Program-made: the position numbers and the translations under genes | In this document: piece by piece, positions 10,448 to 22,249 of the stretch | How the letters are laid out: every line of letters starts with the position of its first letter | How positions within the stretch are numbered: position 1 is the first letter of the stretch | Assembly (NCBI GenBank): GCA_965263165.1 | Contig: OZ253584.1 | Coordinates: forward strand, 64,178 to 128,177 | DNA length: 64,000 bases | Reading direction: 5' to 3' | Source of the DNA: Dehalococcoidia bacterium | GTDB lineage: Bacteria; Chloroflexota; Dehalococcoidia; Lucifugimonadales; SAR202-VII-2 | The notes under the pieces: model-generated | Seen by the model: only the letters and a program-made list of their open reading frames with translations | Databases searched by the model: none | Told to the model about the DNA's origin: nothing

Positions 10448-10801
10448 CTAGTGCTGCATCTGGTTCATCTCGGTGACGTCAACGGATTGGCGCGTCCGAT
10501 AGGCTGCTATGACGATCGCCAGGCCCACTGCTATTTCAGCCGCCGCCACGGTGATGATGAACAGCGCAAAGGCCTGCCCCGTCAGCACCGACGTCAGGAC
10601 AATGCCCCCCTCGTTCGGGTTGGCCAATATTGCCGCCGGAGTGACGTACCGGGACATCGCTACCGCCGCTATCGTCACCCCCGTGAACATCAGCTCCACC
10701 GACATCAGCACGGTGATGATGTTCCGTTTGGCAAGCGCCCCGTAGAGCCCAATGCAAAATACCACTCCCGACATGACTAGATAGTGTTCAAGTCCCGGCA
10801 T
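10448..10801 (-). CDS. nuoK: NADH-quinone oxidoreductase subunit K
   Basis: LMSVELM, VAAAEIAVGLAI. Confidence 0.93.
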   Translation of the reverse strand: MPGLEHYLVMSGVVFCIGLYGALAKRNIITVLMSVELMFTGVTIAAVAMSRYVTPAAILANPNEGGIVLTSVLTGQAFALFIITVAAAEIAVGLAIVIAAYRTRQSVDVTEMNQMQH

Positions 10802-11314
10802 CTATCGCTCCTTCACCAGGACGATGGCGCCGATTATCGCCGACACCAGCAGCACCGCGGCAATTTCGATTGCCAGCGCGTACTCGTTCAGCAGGACCGA
10901 GCCCAACTGAGAAGTCGTATCGCTGAAGACCAAGTGTATCGGCGACCCACTGGTCAAATCGGGCAGCTTGGTCCACGCGGTCGTGGCAACAACATAGACA
11001 ATCGACGCCAACAGCAGTGACGCCAGCGTCAGCGCCGGCATCTGGAACCGGTTGAAGGGATTGCCCCGATGCACGTCGCGGGTGAGCATGACGGCAAATA
11101 TCACGAGAATGGATATCGCTCCCACGTAGATCAGGAGCTGCACCACCGCCAGGAACTCCGCCCTGAGGAGGATGAAGAATCCAACCACGGACAGGAAGGT
11201 GACGGCAAGCATCAGCGCGGCCTTGAACAGGTCGCGAATGTGAATGACCATCAGAGCGGCAAGAACGATGCCGCCCGCAAGGGAGTACCACACGATGACC
11301 TGAAAAGCGGGCAT
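10802..11314 (-). CDS. nuoJ: NADH-quinone oxidoreductase subunit J
   Basis: AEFLAVVQLLIYVGAISIL. Confidence 0.93.
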   Translation of the reverse strand: MPAFQVIVWYSLAGGIVLAALMVIHIRDLFKAALMLAVTFLSVVGFFILLRAEFLAVVQLLIYVGAISILVIFAVMLTRDVHRGNPFNRFQMPALTLASLLLASIVYVVATTAWTKLPDLTSGSPIHLVFSDTTSQLGSVLLNEYALAIEIAAVLLVSAIIGAIVLVKER

Positions 11315-11953
11315 CTACTCCTCTTCCTCCCCGGAGTCCTCATCGTGGCCGGGCAGCGCCGGGGCCTGGGTCACCGTCTCCAGCGCGCCGGGCGCTTCGA
11401 GCTGCCACTCGTAGTGGGCGCCCGCCGGCCCATGCATCGTCTCGCCCAGGTGCCGCCGCCCAACGTCCCTCCATTCCAAGGGCTGGCCCTCGTAGGGGTC
11501 GTAGCGGCGCTGTTCCAACTGCGGCCGGAACCAGGTCGAAGGGCGCTTCTCCGCCGCCTTCAACTCGTCCACCGTGATCACGAGTCCGTCCCGGCGATAG
11601 CGGCCCCGCTCGAACCCGGAGCCCATGAACAAGGCGTCGTATGGGCACGCCTCAACGCACAGGCCGCAGAACATGCACCGCCCGATGTCAATGTCGAAGG
11701 TGTCGATCTTGTAGCTATCGCCTTCCTGGACGTTCTGCCCGCTGGGGCTGGTCTCGATCTTGATGATGCCCAGGGGGCAGTACTTGGCGCAAGACGCGCA
11801 GCCGGTGCAGCGCTCCTCGTACCAAGCAAACTCCTCGCCCCGGAAGCGGCCATGCTGCGGTGCCCGCTCCTCAGGATAGTTGATTGTCACCGGCGTCCTG
11901 AAGAGGTTGCGAAAGGTGACGCTGAGGCCCTTGATAATGCCTATGCCGTACAT
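11315..11953 (-). CDS. nuoI: NADH-quinone oxidoreductase subunit I
   Basis: TINYPEE; CTGCASCAKYCP and CMFCGLCVEACP. Confidence 0.93.
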   Translation of the reverse strand: MYGIGIIKGLSVTFRNLFRTPVTINYPEERAPQHGRFRGEEFAWYEERCTGCASCAKYCPLGIIKIETSPSGQNVQEGDSYKIDTFDIDIGRCMFCGLCVEACPYDALFMGSGFERGRYRRDGLVITVDELKAAEKRPSTWFRPQLEQRRYDPYEGQPLEWRDVGRRHLGETMHGPAGAHYEWQLEAPGALETVTQAPALPGHDEDSGEEEE

Positions 11954-13168
11954 CTATTGCACCTCTGCAGGCCTACTGCCCAGGGGAACGTCTCGATACA
12001 GACTCGCTATTCTGGGCACCACGTTGTAGCGCCGCTGGCCCAAAACGTTGGCCCAACCAACCAGCGCCACAACGGCCAGGACCGAGTTGATGCCCGCCAT
12101 AATCCAGAGCGTGTTCGTGGTCAGGCTGCCGTCGGGCTCCCGCAGGAAGTAGACCTCCAGCGCCGTAGCAAACAGGGCCACCACGCTCAGTGGCAGCAAG
12201 AATTTCCAGGCGAAGGCCAGTATCTGGTCCACGCGAAGCCTGGGAATGGTTACCCGAATCCACAGGAACAGGAAGATGAACATGCTCATCTTCAGCAGGA
12301 ACCACACCGACGACGGCAGGAACGGCCACCGCCAACCCTGGAGGAAGATCGTCGTCGCCAAGCCGGACGCCACAATCACCGAGGCGAACTCCGCAAGCAT
12401 GAACATGCCGAACTTCATGCCGCTGTACTCGGTGTGATACCCAGCGATCAACTCGGACTCCGCCTCCACAATGTCGAATGGAGCCCGGTTCATTTCCGCC
12501 GAGATCGCCATCATGAAGATCACGAAGGCCAGCGGCTGCACCAGCAGGTAGGGCACATTCTGCGTCTGCACTATCGTGCCCAGCGCCAACGACCCTGACA
12601 GCAGCGCCACCGAGCCCAGTGCGATGATCAGCGGGATCTCGTAGCTGATCAGCATTGCCACCGCCCTGCCCGCCCCAAAGAGCGCATACCGGTTGCCCGA
12701 CGCCCATCCCGCCATGAAGATGGCCAGGGTGGAGAAGCCGGTGATGGCCACGACGAACAGCAAGCCAACGTTGAGATCGGTGATGGCGATGTTCTTGGCG
12801 ATCGGCAGCACCGCCACAATCATCGGCACGGGGAAGAACATCACCACCGGCGCGATGTTGAACACCCACCGGTCGGCTCCGCGGGGAACGATGTCCTCCT
12901 TCCCCAGGATCTTCAACGCGTCGGCGATGGGCTGAAGAAGACCGAACGGACCCCACCGGTTGGGACCCAGCCTGGCCTGGAACCGTCCCATGGCGCGGCG
13001 CTCCACCCAGATGTACAGCGTCGCCAACAGCATCATGCCGTTCACGATGGTGAACATGACAGTGAACCCGGCGATGAAGTAGGCCAGCCAGCCGGGCAGC
13101 ACGGTGTCCAGGGTCAGGTAAATGCCCCGGTACCATGTGTTCAGCTCAAAGAAGCCTCGAGGGTCCAC
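11954..13168 (-). CDS. nuoH: NADH-quinone oxidoreductase subunit H
   Basis: ERR..GRFQARLGPNR, QPIADALK, RAPFDIVEAESELIAGYHTEYSG. Confidence 0.95.
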   Translation of the reverse strand: MDPRGFFELNTWYRGIYLTLDTVLPGWLAYFIAGFTVMFTIVNGMMLLATLYIWVERRAMGRFQARLGPNRWGPFGLLQPIADALKILGKEDIVPRGADRWVFNIAPVVMFFPVPMIVAVLPIAKNIAITDLNVGLLFVVAITGFSTLAIFMAGWASGNRYALFGAGRAVAMLISYEIPLIIALGSVALLSGSLALGTIVQTQNVPYLLVQPLAFVIFMMAISAEMNRAPFDIVEAESELIAGYHTEYSGMKFGMFMLAEFASVIVASGLATTIFLQGWRWPFLPSSVWFLLKMSMFIFLFLWIRVTIPRLRVDQILAFAWKFLLPLSVVALFATALEVYFLREPDGSLTTNTLWIMAGINSVLAVVALVGWANVLGQRRYNVVPRIASLYRDVPLGSRPAEVQ

Positions 13169-14277
13169 TAGCGGTCAACCTCGCCCATGTTGATGTCGGT
13201 GCTTCCAAACGTCACGATCAGGTCGGCTAGCTTGTAGCCGACCAGCAGGTCGCTCAATACCGACAGGTTGATCATGGAAGGCGACCGTATCTTGCAGCGG
13301 TACGGCGCAATTGTCCCATCGCTTACCAGATAGAAGCCCAGTTCGCCCTTGGGCGACTCTACCCTTCCATAGGCCTCGGCGTCGGCCGGGGGCCTGAACA
13401 CATAGGGAACCTCCGCTCGGGCGGGCCCCGTCGGTGGAATCTGATCGCGGCACTGCTTCACGATGCGAAGACTCTGCCGCATCTCCTCGATTCGGATCTT
13501 GTAGCGGTCCCAGTTGTCGCCCCGAGTGCCCACGGGAATGTCGAAGTCCAAGCGGTCGTAGATGTCATACGGGTCCGCCTTGCGAATGTCCCATCGAACA
13601 CCCGTGGAGCGCAGGATGGGGCCGGACACCGAGCCGCTGATCGCCGTCTGTGGGTTCAGCACGCCCACGCCAAAGGTGCGGCCAACAATGATCTCATTCT
13701 CGGTCAGCAGGCGGTCCAGCTCGTCGATGTAACCGGGCATGTCCTGAAGAAAGCTGTCGAGGGCGGGCCAGAACTCGGCGGGGGCGTCCTGAAAGACGCC
13801 GCCGGGCCGCATATAGCTGACGGTGATGCGGGCGCCGCACAGCATCTCGAACATCTCCAGAATGCGCTCGCGCTCGCGAAAGCAATACATGAGGGGCGTG
13901 GCGAAGGCCCCCAGATCCTGGAGGAAGAAGCCGGTGGCCACAAGGTGGCTGGCAATCCGCTGAAGCTCCGCCGCCATGACCCGCAGGAACATTCCCCGCT
14001 CCGACGGCTCGATGCCCGCCAGGCGTTCAACGGCAAGGCAATAGGCCTGATTGTTGGTCTGCGAGGCCACGTAGTCCAGGCGGTCGGTCAGCGTAATGAC
14101 CTGGACGTAATTCCGCTCCTCCGCCAGCTTCTCCGATCCTCGGTGGAGGTAGCCGAAAACGGGTTCAACGTTCAGTATGTCCTCACCGTCGAAGGTAACC
14201 CGCATCCGGAACACGCCATGCGTGCTCGGGTGCTGAGGCCCTATATTGACGGTGATCGGCTCGGTCCTTAGCGCCAT
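13168..14277 (-). CDS. nuoD: NADH-quinone oxidoreductase subunit D
   Basis: NIGPQHPSTHGVFR, GYLHRGSEK, ESPKGE, C-terminal GEVDR; start placed at ATG 14277. Confidence 0.95.
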   Translation of the reverse strand: MALRTEPITVNIGPQHPSTHGVFRMRVTFDGEDILNVEPVFGYLHRGSEKLAEERNYVQVITLTDRLDYVASQTNNQAYCLAVERLAGIEPSERGMFLRVMAAELQRIASHLVATGFFLQDLGAFATPLMYCFRERERILEMFEMLCGARITVSYMRPGGVFQDAPAEFWPALDSFLQDMPGYIDELDRLLTENEIIVGRTFGVGVLNPQTAISGSVSGPILRSTGVRWDIRKADPYDIYDRLDFDIPVGTRGDNWDRYKIRIEEMRQSLRIVKQCRDQIPPTGPARAEVPYVFRPPADAEAYGRVESPKGELGFYLVSDGTIAPYRCKIRSPSMINLSVLSDLLVGYKLADLIVTFGSTDINMGEVDR

Positions 14278-14446
14278 GCCTACTCTGACTTCCCGGCGTA
14301 TAACGGTTTCCGGCAATCTTTGCCAGGGGACTCATTGGACTCTGTGGCTCGCGCCTTGTCTTCATCCTGCCCGCCCACAGGAGTTGGCGTGGAACGCCCC
14401 TCTCGAACATCTCTGGCCTACGGCGCCCCGCCCGCCATGACGGCCT

Positions 14447-14923
14447 CTAGCCGCCGTGCGGCCAGGTGTAGGGCAGCGGTGCCTCCAGGTAGTCCCTTCT
14501 GAGGGGGTGTCCTTCGTAGCCCTCCCACAACAGAAGCCGCCTGAGATCCGGATGCCCCGTGAAGACGATCCCCATCAGGTCGTAGATCTCCCGCTCCTGT
14601 AGGTTTGCGCCCTTCCACAGATCAGCAACCGAGGGCAGCGACGGATCATCCCTACCCCAGCACTTCGCCTTGACCACGCCTGCGTGGTTGTGTCTCAACG
14701 ACGTGAAGTGGTAGATCACCTCGAAATACTCTATGAAGTCCACGGCGGTGATCGCGTTCAGGTACTCGAAGTCCCAGGCCTCGGTGTTCTTGAGGTACGC
14801 GGCCACATCGTGCAACCGCTCGGGCACAACCCACACGGCGGAGTCGTTGGCCCCTTCCACGGCGCCAGGCAGCGCCTCCTCGATGCCCTCGGCGAGGACG
14901 AAACCCCTGAACCACGTGGTCAT
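14447..14923 (-). CDS. nuoC: NADH-quinone oxidoreductase subunit C
   Basis: EREIYDLMGIVFTGHPDLRRLL, GHPLRRD. Confidence 0.93.
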   Translation of the reverse strand: MTTWFRGFVLAEGIEEALPGAVEGANDSAVWVVPERLHDVAAYLKNTEAWDFEYLNAITAVDFIEYFEVIYHFTSLRHNHAGVVKAKCWGRDDPSLPSVADLWKGANLQEREIYDLMGIVFTGHPDLRRLLLWEGYEGHPLRRDYLEAPLPYTWPHGG

Positions 14924-15556
14924 CTACGCCCCTGCCCGATTCCCTATCAAGCTGTAGCGCTTGATTTTCTCATGAAGCTGCATGATGCCGTACAGCAGCG
15001 CGTCAGGCCGCGGCGGGCATCCGGGCACGTAGACATCCACCGGAACGATGTGGTTTACCCCCGGCACCACGCTGTACGCCTGGTAATAGGGGCCGCCGCT
15101 CGTGGCGCACACCCCCATAGATATCACCCACTTGGGCTCTGCCATCTGGTCGTAGATGCGCCGGATGGCCGGAGCCATCTTCCACGTAACGGTCCCGGCC
15201 ACAATCATTAGGTCCGCCTGCCGGGGCGTTGCCCTGAAGGCCTCCATCCCAAAGCGGGCAATGTCGAACCTCGACATTGCCGTGGCCATCATCTCAAAGG
15301 CGCAGCAGGCAAGCCCAAACGCCACCGGCCACACCGCCGACTTCCGGCTCCAGTTGATCAGGGCGTCCACGGTGGTCACCGCTACGTTCTTGTTCAATCC
15401 CTCCGGCGCCTCGATGATCGGCTCTGGGAATGGCTCGATACAGGAGGCCTTGAAGGCTGAGATAGTCTTCCCCTCCTCTATGTCAATGGCCAGCACGGCT
15501 TCCTGGAGGCTCACCCCAGGCTCCACTTCAATCTGCTTCGTCAGGTCAATAGCCAT
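14924..15556 (-). CDS. nuoB: NADH-quinone oxidoreductase subunit B
   Basis: [26 protein letters not shown]; start placed at ATG 15556. Confidence 0.93.
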   Translation of the reverse strand: MAIDLTKQIEVEPGVSLQEAVLAIDIEEGKTISAFKASCIEPFPEPIIEAPEGLNKNVAVTTVDALINWSRKSAVWPVAFGLACCAFEMMATAMSRFDIARFGMEAFRATPRQADLMIVAGTVTWKMAPAIRRIYDQMAEPKWVISMGVCATSGGPYYQAYSVVPGVNHIVPVDVYVPGCPPRPDALLYGIMQLHEKIKRYSLIGNRAGA

Positions 15557-15566
15557 TGAACTCCCG

Positions 15567-15950
15567 CTACTCCCACTCCAACGCGCCCTTGCGCCAGGCG
15601 TAGACCCAGCCCAGCAGCAGGATGGACATAAACACGGCGATGGTGATGAGGGCGAAGCCGCCCAGCGCGTTGAACCGCGTGGCCCACGGGTACAGGAAGA
15701 CAACCACCACATCGAAGGCCACGAAGAGCAGGCCGAATATGTAGTAACGGAAGTTGAACTGCACGTGCTGAAGCCCTATCGGCGTGACGCCGCACTCGTA
15801 GAGGCTAGATTTCACGGGGTTGGGCTTGTGAGGCCGGATGCCAACGAACCTGAGAGCGAAGGAGAGGATGATCATACTGGCCGGGATGAGGATGGCGATC
15901 CCGCTGTAGATCATGATCAGGCCGTACTGGCGAAGATAGTCGTCGACCAT
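15567..15950 (-). CDS. nuoA: NADH-quinone oxidoreductase subunit A
   Basis: [24 protein letters not shown]. Confidence 0.93.
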   Translation of the reverse strand: MVDDYLRQYGLIMIYSGIAILIPASMIILSFALRFVGIRPHKPNPVKSSLYECGVTPIGLQHVQFNFRYYIFGLLFVAFDVVVVFLYPWATRFNALGGFALITIAVFMSILLLGWVYAWRKGALEWE

Positions 15951-15989
15951 GGGGTTGCCACTCCCGGCGCTGACGGATAGTCGGTGGCG

Positions 15990-16018
15990 ACTATAGCACA
16001 GGGGTTGTGGTTATGCAA
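15990..16018 (-). promoter_or_regulatory. Promoter of the nuo operon
   Basis: Minus strand TTGCAT, 17 bp, TATAGT, with an extended -10 TG. Confidence 0.6.
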
Positions 16019-16127
16019 GTGAATTTTTGAACGAACTTATCTCGAGGCCCCTGCGCCCCCGCTATGCCGCAATCGCCATAACGCTATAATGGAAGCAGCC
16101 GGGTTCCTATTTCTTTTTGGGAGCAAC

Positions 16128-16880
16128 ATGGCCCTCGTCTTTGACCTTGGCTCTCCAAACCATCCCAAGGGACACGCCCTTCTCTACTTCGAGGACAGCG
16201 CACAGCGCGGACGGTGGCTCTCCACCTACGTGGTGGTCCTACCCGTGAAGGTCGACCTCTCCAAGTATCTGCCCCCCATGTTCCTGTCCCAGGCGCAGAT
16301 GGGCAGCCTGGACATCCAGGACATGTCCGCCTTCGCCTTCCCCCCCGTGCCGGAGCCGGTCGACAGCCGAGACTGGCTGGAGCAGCTCGCCTCCCTACGC
16401 GGCGACGACCTCATCAATGGCGGAACACTGTCCAGCCAGGACCTGCAACGCTCGATGATGGCCATCAACGAGTTCGTCCGGGAATACGACAGCCTGTGCC
16501 AGCACTACCAAGGCGCCGCCACCGTCCCCGCCGTTGAGCCTCAACCCCCAGCCGAGCTTTCCGTCTCCCATTTCATGTATGAGTTCATGACCCCCAGCGA
16601 GCGGCTTGGAGATCTGTCCAAGCTGATCGGCAAGCTCCAGTTTGCCGTTGCCGGCCCCGACGCCCAGATGGTGGAGGAAACCAAGGGAGAGCTCCGGGCC
16701 ATCGCATCCCACTTCGCCGAGCACTTCTGGATGGACCGGCTCCTCGACGCAGCCGGAAGCTCGGACGACCGGGACCGGCGGCTTGCCCGACTCTACCTCG
16801 ACCGCTGCTACCGCTTGGTGGACGAGGACTACCTAAAGGCCAAGCAAATAGAGGAAGAGATCCTCCGGCTCGGCTCATAG
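16128..16880 (+). CDS. Hypothetical protein
   Basis: Long ORF with GGGAG RBS before ATG 16128 and TATAAT at 16085; no motif recognised. Confidence 0.7.
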   Translation: MALVFDLGSPNHPKGHALLYFEDSAQRGRWLSTYVVVLPVKVDLSKYLPPMFLSQAQMGSLDIQDMSAFAFPPVPEPVDSRDWLEQLASLRGDDLINGGTLSSQDLQRSMMAINEFVREYDSLCQHYQGAATVPAVEPQPPAELSVSHFMYEFMTPSERLGDLSKLIGKLQFAVAGPDAQMVEETKGELRAIASHFAEHFWMDRLLDAAGSSDDRDRRLARLYLDRCYRLVDEDYLKAKQIEEEILRLGS

Positions 16881-16910
16881 CGGAGACAGGCCCAGGCGCC
16901 CCTCCACGGC

Positions 16911-17402
16911 TCACAGCGGAGGCAGGCCCAGGTGTTCCTTAACGAGGCGAAGGGCGGCGTGGGCCGCCCTTTCCTTATTGGCCATGCGGTCAGCGCTGCC
17001 CCACCGATGCTCCACCGCCGTTTCCACGCCCCCGCCAGCCGACAGGGCGACCCAAAACGTGCCCAGGGGCTTCTCCGGCGATCCTCCAGTAGGGCCCGCC
17101 ACCCCCGTCGCCGAGACCCCCAGGTCCGCGCCGAACAGCGTTCTGGCCTGCCGAGCCATGGCCAAGGCCATCTCCCGACTCACCGCGCCCCGCTCGGGAT
17201 GAATGTCGGGGTCCACGCCCAACACCCGGCTCTTGGCATCCCCCGCGTAGGCGATGATGCCCCCAAGGAAGTACCGGCTTGCCCCGGACGGAGCGCACAG
17301 CAGGTGCCCTATATAGCCGGCCGTATCGGCCTCTGCGGTGGCAATGGTCAGCCCTCGGCGCGTCATTTCTGCGGCCATCGCCTGTATCTCGCTCGTGTCC
17401 AT
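16911..17402 (-). CDS. CinA C-terminal / PncC-like nicotinamide-nucleotide amidohydrolase
   Basis: GAS.YFLGGIIAY, GAVS, ATGVAGPTGG; the usual AESCT motif reads AEADT. Confidence 0.85.
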   Translation of the reverse strand: MDTSEIQAMAAEMTRRGLTIATAEADTAGYIGHLLCAPSGASRYFLGGIIAYAGDAKSRVLGVDPDIHPERGAVSREMALAMARQARTLFGADLGVSATGVAGPTGGSPEKPLGTFWVALSAGGGVETAVEHRWGSADRMANKERAAHAALRLVKEHLGLPPL

Positions 17403-17517
17403 GCGTCCCTCCGCCACTCTTGTAACATGTTCCCGGCAGCGCTGCCACTGAACCCCTGGTCGGCCCGCGACAACCACGCCCGCCCGGCGCGCCCACGCTC
17501 TCGCCAGCCGCCAAAGA

Positions 17518-17555
17518 TTAACAATAACGTCACACCGTTGTAACAACCCTGAAAC
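17518..17555 (+). promoter_or_regulatory. GlnR-type (OmpR family) nitrogen box upstream of amtB
   Basis: TTAAC-n6-GTCAC-n6-GTAAC-n6-GAAAC. Confidence 0.6.
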
Positions 17556-17613
17556 ATTTGCAAGCTACGGTCAGCCTACCGCTTGTGCGCGATTTCACAG
17601 GAAGGGGGTTCCA

Positions 17614-19220
<1,607 letters not shown>

Positions 19221-19263
19221 CCCACTTCCCAGGAACGCTGCTGCAAACGCGAGGAGGGCGAAT

Positions 19264-19370
19264 CCCTACCTTTCCCCGAGTACGGGGAAAGGTAGGGATG
19301 GGGGTCTCGTCCCTTCCCCGTCGCACGAATCAGAGAAAGGGGACGGCAAAATTTGCCGTCCCCTTTCTCT
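19264..19370. repeat. Intergenic palindromes / terminator
   Basis: Hairpin CCCTACCTTTCCCCG-AGTA-CGGGGAAAGGTAGGG at 19264-19297 and a perfect 19-bp inverted repeat at 19332-19370. Confidence 0.7.
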
Positions 19371-19493
19371 TCTCCCCTCTCCACCCGCGGCGCGGCCAAC
19401 TGGGCGCTTCCTGGCGGAACCCGCTGGTTGTATGCTAGTGGCTGGCCCCCCGCCGAGGCGGGAGGGCCTCTTTCCGGCCTCTTGACGAACGAT

Positions 19494-19991
19494 ATGGATA
19501 CCCTCTTTCAGAACATCCCCGGACCGCTGGCCGCGTTCCTATCCGCCATGCTGCCCATTGGAGAACTGCGGCTGGCGATTCCTCTGGCCATCGTCCACTT
19601 CAAGATGCCGTGGCAGCAGGCATTCTTCTACGCCGTCTTGGGCAACCTGGCGCCGGTGATACCCCTGCTGCTGGGCCTGGGGCTGGCATCCAGAATGCTG
19701 ACCAGCTTCTCCAACCCCCTGGGACGGTTCCTCCAATGGCGCGAAAGCCGCCTTCGCTCCTCCTACGGGGCCCGATTCCAGCGTTACGGCGCCATCGCCC
19801 TCCTGCCCATCGTCGCCATTCCCCTGCCTCTCACCGGCGCCTGGACCGGGTGCCTCGCCGCCTGGGCCTTCCAGATACCCTTTCGCAAGGCCTTTCCGGC
19901 CATCGCCGGCGGCGTGCTCATCTCCGGGGTCATCGTCACGGCCCTCGTGCAGCTCAGCGTGGACGTCCCCTTCCTGCGCAGCTTCAATTAG
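19494..19991 (+). CDS. COG2426 small multidrug export family membrane protein
   Basis: MLPIGELRLAIP and VAIPLPLTGAWTG signatures. Confidence 0.85.
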   Translation: MDTLFQNIPGPLAAFLSAMLPIGELRLAIPLAIVHFKMPWQQAFFYAVLGNLAPVIPLLLGLGLASRMLTSFSNPLGRFLQWRESRLRSSYGARFQRYGAIALLPIVAIPLPLTGAWTGCLAAWAFQIPFRKAFPAIAGGVLISGVIVTALVQLSVDVPFLRSFN

Positions 19992-20082
19992 CCTGCCCCA
20001 GTCTGGCGCCGGCCCGCCGTTCCTTGCCACCCCCGCCGCGGCCTCGCTATCATGGCTGGCGTCAGGAAGGGGGCTCAACGCA

Positions 20083-20877
20083 ATGGATCTCGGCATCAAG
20101 GACAAAGTGGCCATCGTCGGCGGCGCCAGCAAGGGCATGGGCAGGGCCACCGCCGGGCGCCTGGCCGTGGAGGGAGCCAATGTGACCCTCGTGGCCAGAG
20201 GCGAAGCCGGTCTCGCCAAAGCCGCCGAGGAAATCGCCGGCATCTCGTCGCCTGGACAGGTCCACGCCGTCTCAGCCGACCTGTCCCGTCCGGAAAGCAT
20301 CGACCGGATCATTCAGGAGACCCTCGACACCTTCGGCAGGCTGGACATTCTCGTGAACAACGTCGGCGGGCCGCCTCCGGCGCTGGCCGCCAACGCCACG
20401 GAAGAGCAGTGGCGAGCCGCCTTGGAGCAGAACTTCTTCAGCGTCCAGCGCATGTGCGTTCAGGCCGTTCCCCTGATGCAGCAGCAGGGCGGCGGCCGCA
20501 TCGTCACGGTGCTCTCCTACTCGCTTAAGGAGCCGGTGGCAAACCTCGTCCTGTCCAACGCCGTCCGAATGGCCGCCCTCGGCTTCAGCAAGACCCTCGC
20601 CAACGAGGTGGGGCGGCACAACATCACGGTCAACGTCGTTGGGCCTGGCGCCGTCATGACGGAGCGGTACCTGTCGCTTGTGAACGGCTGGGCCGGCGAG
20701 GCCGGGGTCTCATCAGAGGAGATCCTGCGCAGGAACGCCGCGGCGATTCCCCTAGGCAGAATAGGGCGGCCCGAGGAGATGGCCGACCTCATCGCCTTTC
20801 TTGTGTCTGCGCGAGCCAGCTACATCACCGGCGCCTTCATACCCCTGGACGGGGGCCTCATCCGGGCCCCTCTCTAA
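20083..20877 (+). CDS. SDR family oxidoreductase
   Basis: GGASKGMG, DILVNNVG, PLGRIGRPEE, LDGG; atypical catalytic SNAVR. Confidence 0.9.
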   Translation: MDLGIKDKVAIVGGASKGMGRATAGRLAVEGANVTLVARGEAGLAKAAEEIAGISSPGQVHAVSADLSRPESIDRIIQETLDTFGRLDILVNNVGGPPPALAANATEEQWRAALEQNFFSVQRMCVQAVPLMQQQGGGRIVTVLSYSLKEPVANLVLSNAVRMAALGFSKTLANEVGRHNITVNVVGPGAVMTERYLSLVNGWAGEAGVSSEEILRRNAAAIPLGRIGRPEEMADLIAFLVSARASYITGAFIPLDGGLIRAPL

Positions 20878-20914
20878 CCCCGGCCAACGCGCCGCTCTAG
20901 ACAAGGAGCATAGC

Positions 20915-22171
20915 TTGCGCTTCCAAGCGCCCAGAGGCACAACCGACACCCTGCCCGACGAGCAGGCGTATTGGCGTTACGTCCAAGAATGCGCCTCCAC
21001 GCTCTCGCAGACTTATGGGTACGGCCGTATAGACACCCCCATCTTCGAAGACACCGGCCTCTTCATACGCACCGTCGGCGAATCTACGGACATCGTCGAC
21101 AAGGAGATGTACACCTTCCAAGACCGCGGCAACGACGCCCTGACCCTGCGCCCCGAAGGCACCGCGCCGGTCTGCCGGGCCTACCTCGAGCATGGTCTCC
21201 ACAACCTGCCGCAGCCGGTGCGCCTGTACTACTTGATACCACTCTTTCGCTACGACCGTCCTCAGGCGGGCCGGTACCGTCAGTTTCACCAGTTCGGCGT
21301 CGAGGCCATCGGGGACAGCGGCCCCGCCGTCGATGCCGAGGTTATCGAGCTTGCCTGGCGCTTCTACGAACGGCTGGGACTGCGCGGCCTCGCGTTGGCT
21401 CTAAACTCCATCGGCGACCGCGTTTGCCGGCCCCAATACCTGGAGCGCCTAGTGGAGTACTACACGCCCCACGCGGAGCGGCTGTGCCAGGACTGCAAGG
21501 ACCGCCTTCAACGCAACCCCCTGCGGCTGCTCGACTGCAAGCAGGCGTCATGCCAGCCCTACGCAGCCCAAGCCCCGGTCTCCACCGATTCGTTGTGCCC
21601 GGACTGCAAGGAACACTGGGAACGGCTCACCGCCTACCTGGATGACCTTGGCATCGCCTACTCCGTGGACCACAAGTTAGTGCGGGGCCTGGACTACTAC
21701 ACCCGGACCGTCTTCGAGATCCTGCCGCCCGCGGAAGGCGCTCAGAGCACCCTATGCGGAGGTGGCCGCTACGACGGTTTGATCGAGGAGTTGAGCGGCA
21801 AGCCCACGCCCGGAATCGGGTTTGCCCTTGGCATCGAGCGCACCATTCTCAACCTCAAGCGCCAGGGCGTCGCCATCCCCCCCATAGCCGCCCCAACCGT
21901 TGCCATCGCCCACCTTGGAGCGGAGGGTGGGCGGGCGGCCGTGAAGCTGGCGGCGGGTTTGCGCTCCTCCGGCATAGGAGCGGTGCTCCTTCCGGGTCAG
22001 AAGAGCCTCAAGAGCCAAATGCGCCACGCCGGCGCCCTCAACGCCCAGTGCGTCGTCATCATCGGCGAGAAGGAAGCCGCCGCCGGCGCGGCCGTGGTGC
22101 GCGACCTCGCCGCCGGAGAACAGCGCGAGGTCCCTCTAAGCGGCGTTGCCCAAGCAATTCACCAGGGATAA
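20915..22171 (+). CDS. hisS: Histidine--tRNA ligase
   Basis: TTG start after AAGGAG; LRPEGTAPV, RPQAGRYRQFHQ, LVRGLDYY, GGGRYD. Confidence 0.96.
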   Translation: MRFQAPRGTTDTLPDEQAYWRYVQECASTLSQTYGYGRIDTPIFEDTGLFIRTVGESTDIVDKEMYTFQDRGNDALTLRPEGTAPVCRAYLEHGLHNLPQPVRLYYLIPLFRYDRPQAGRYRQFHQFGVEAIGDSGPAVDAEVIELAWRFYERLGLRGLALALNSIGDRVCRPQYLERLVEYYTPHAERLCQDCKDRLQRNPLRLLDCKQASCQPYAAQAPVSTDSLCPDCKEHWERLTAYLDDLGIAYSVDHKLVRGLDYYTRTVFEILPPAEGAQSTLCGGGRYDGLIEELSGKPTPGIGFALGIERTILNLKRQGVAIPPIAAPTVAIAHLGAEGGRAAVKLAAGLRSSGIGAVLLPGQKSLKSQMRHAGALNAQCVVIIGEKEAAAGAAVVRDLAAGEQREVPLSGVAQAIHQG

Positions 22172-22249
22172 CCTGCATGCGTCCGTGGATTGCAGCATAG
22201 CCAGATGGAGAAGATGGCACCGCTGGCGGCTTGTTCAGAGGGTCCCTAG

